Assembly (NCBI GenBank): GCA_905182645.1
Contig: CAJJCJ010000014.1
Coordinates: 23,564-87,563, forward strand
Reading direction: 5' to 3'
Source: an uncultured Sulfitobacter sp.
Lineage (GTDB): Bacteria > Pseudomonadota > Alphaproteobacteria > Rhodobacterales > Rhodobacteraceae
DNA: 64,000 bases
Below the pieces are notes generated by a model, which did no database searches, was not told the origin of the DNA, and saw only the letters and a list, made by a program, of their open reading frames with translations. Numbering within the stretch: the stretch's first letter is position 1; every line of letters starts with the position of its first letter. The translations under genes and the position numbers were made by a program. This document shows positions 62,134 through 64,000 of the stretch, piece by piece.

Positions 62134-63196
62134 ATGAAAAATATTCTTCTTACATCTACAGCTCTGGTCGCCTTTGCTGGCGCCGCTGCTGCCGGTGGTC
62201 ACACTTCAGTCAGCTTCGGCGGCGAAGCTTCTGCTGAGTACAACACATTAGGCGGTTACGCTACAGCTGCAGAAATGACTGCATCTGCTTCCGCAACTTT
62301 GGACAATGGCCTTACAGCGTCCACAAGCTTCACACTCGAAACAACTAACTTCGGTTCAGGTGAATTTGGTGCGGGTTCCGTATCATTGTCCAGCGACACT
62401 GCAAGCTTGACATTCGGCACAGCAGTTGTCGGTGCTGTCTTCGCAGCTACTGGAGACGAGTATGCAATCGGTTCCGGTGGTGATGACTGATGGTGAAGTT
62501 GCCGGTATCGCAGCTTCCGCAACATTCGGCGCAACAACTTTGGTTGTATCCGGCGAGATCAACGCCATTGATGCAGTTCAGCATTGCGATCGGCAACTGA
62601 GTTGTCTGCTGTTGATGCTGACACAACAGTTGAAAACATCGAAATTGGTGTAACAACATCCGCTGCTGGTTGGGACTTAGGTTTCGGCTTGGCTAATAGC
62701 GAATATGCAATGACTGCAGCAGGTACTGCTGGTGGTGCTACCGTTGGCTTCGGCATGTCCAGCAACAGCGATTGGGATGTTTCTGTTGCGTACCCAGTTG
62801 GTGCAGTAACTGTTTCCGCTTCCACAGACGAAGCAAATGCATGGGAAGTTGGTGCGGCTTACGCAGCAGACGGTGTGTCTGCTGGTATCGTGCTTAGCCC
62901 AGCTAACGCATGGAAAATCACAGCGGGTTACGCTGCTGATGGCATTACTGTAGCTGCTGAGTTCACAGCGCTACGCAATTCACTCGGTGCAACATACGAC
63001 ATGGGCAATGGCCTCACAGTTGGTGCTGGTATGCGAAACAGCTGCTTCAACAACAAACTACGCATTTGCTAGCTTCGACTTGGGTGGCGGTGCAAAGGCA
63101 TTTGCTGAATACGCAGACGGCGCACAAGTAGAGGTTGGTCCATCTGAGCGTGATATCGCTGAAGGCACAACCGTTGGTGTAAGCTTCACATTCTAA
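62134..63196 (+). CDS. Outer-membrane porin, interrupted by at least three frameshifts
   Basis: MKNILLTSTALVAFAGAAAA signal, amphipathic strands (LDNGLT, YDMGNG, FDLGGGA), terminal VGVSFTF. The pieces are spread over several frames. Confidence 0.82.
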
Positions 63197-63216
63197 TCTA
63201 GTTAGAATTTAGCAAT

Positions 63217-63252
63217 AGAGAGAGCGGCGCTTCGGCGTCGCTCTTTTCTTTT
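63217..63252 (+). terminator. Rho-independent terminator of the porin gene
   Basis: AGAGCGGCGC-ttcg-GCGTCGCTCT followed by TTTCTTTT. Confidence 0.85.
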
Positions 63253-63302
63253 GTGCAGCACCAAGTTAAGCTGACTTAATTGCTTAAAACACTGTGGTAC
63301 CA

Positions 63303-63446
63303 ATGAACAATATCATCATCTTGCTATGCGTAACCGTGTCGCTTGCCAGCTGTGGCACCACACGTGGTGTCTTTGAAGGCACAGGAACAGTGTTGGAAGG
63401 CGTTGCCACTGACTTACGCAGCGCGGGCAACATGTTTAACCGCTAG
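63303..63446 (+). CDS. Small entericidin EcnA/B-like lipoprotein (47 aa)
   Basis: Manual translation MNNIIILLCVTVSLASCGTTRGVFEGTGTVLEGVATDLRSAGNMFNR, with lipobox LASC and an amphipathic helix. Confidence 0.6.
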   Translation: MNNIIILLCVTVSLASCGTTRGVFEGTGTVLEGVATDLRSAGNMFNR

Positions 63447-63694
63447 CTGCACGGCTACAGGCACCCATCAACTATCACAACACACACATATGAGTGGTTA
63501 TGACGCTATAACAGCGATGCACACCTAGGATTTGACTGCGTTAACTTGCTGCAGTGCAAGCCGTGTGCGCAACACCAATACCTTACGCTGTGACAGCTAC
63601 TGTTGCTTGGTGAGAGACAAGTTTTTACGCAACCAAAGCTGCTGTGCCAGCTCACGCTTGAGCTGCTTGCTGAGTGCGATTGTCGAAGACGCCA

Positions 63695-64000
63695 TTAAAG
63701 CAGCTCGACAGCGTTGGCTAACTGTTCATCGTTAACGTCAATGTAGAGTTGTGTGACGGCAATACTTGAATGCCCAGCCAATGCTGCAAGCACACGCACA
63801 CCAATGCCCTTGTTAGCCAAGCGTGTGATGAATGTGCGTCTTCCACTGTGACTGCTTGCACCTTGCAGTCCACATGCGTAGAATATGTTGAGGAACAGCT
63901 GGCACATTGTGTTGGCTGAGAAGTGTCCCACCTTTTTGACTGCGGAACAGTGGCGCATTCGAAGCACTGCAGTGTCGCCACTTGCGATACACAGCGAGCT
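63695..64000 (-). CDS. Tyrosine recombinase/integrase, C-terminal part (5' end outside window)
   Basis: SSHSGRRTF (HxxR), LAGHSS, TQLY. One extra base near 63928 breaks PLFRSQKGG-HFSANT. Confidence 0.85.
   Translation of the reverse strand, partial: SSLCIASGDTAVLRMRHCSAVKKVGHFSANTMCQLFLNIFYACGLQGASSHSGRRTFITRLANKGIGVRVLAALAGHSSIAVTQLYIDVNDEQLANAVELL

Noticed and set aside
63266-63279. TTAA-N6-TTAA as a CtrA box
   Set aside because: The spacing is 6, not the canonical 7.
1-64000. CRISPR array, tRNA or rRNA genes
   Set aside because: I saw no regularly spaced direct repeats and no tRNA- or rRNA-like sequence by eye; no covariance search was run.

Overview
This 64 kb window looks like a Rhodobacteraceae/Roseobacter-type alphaproteobacterial chromosome segment, judged from gene content and order. 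Most of it is housekeeping or ordinary metabolism: a Liv-type ABC transporter with an acyl-CoA ligase, mepA, arfB, pncB, recQ, rmuC-mutL, two M16 peptidases, lspA-purH, rpsO, truB, rbfA, dapB, pnp and a porin. The most notable element is an AT-richer ~1.1 kb insert between arfB and pncB (11877-13002). It carries a structured non-coding leader, a 65-aa hydrophobic small ORF and an overlapping, very short (259 aa) reverse transcriptase with a YVDD motif. This is a candidate minimal retron-like anti-phage system. The second accessory block (~41.5-54.1 kb) runs from decayed genes, including an inactivated tyrosine recombinase, to an IS30-like end fragment. It carries a TRAP + gamma-glutamylation amine catabolic cluster with an added FAD oxidoreductase. 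Also present are a small-ORF/sRNA unit upstream of arfB, GTAG-family REP repeats, an apparent inversion separating rpsO from pnp, and clustered frameshifts (9.6-10.4 kb, 61.4-64 kb) that are probably consensus errors. All calls come from reading the sequence only; no database search was run.
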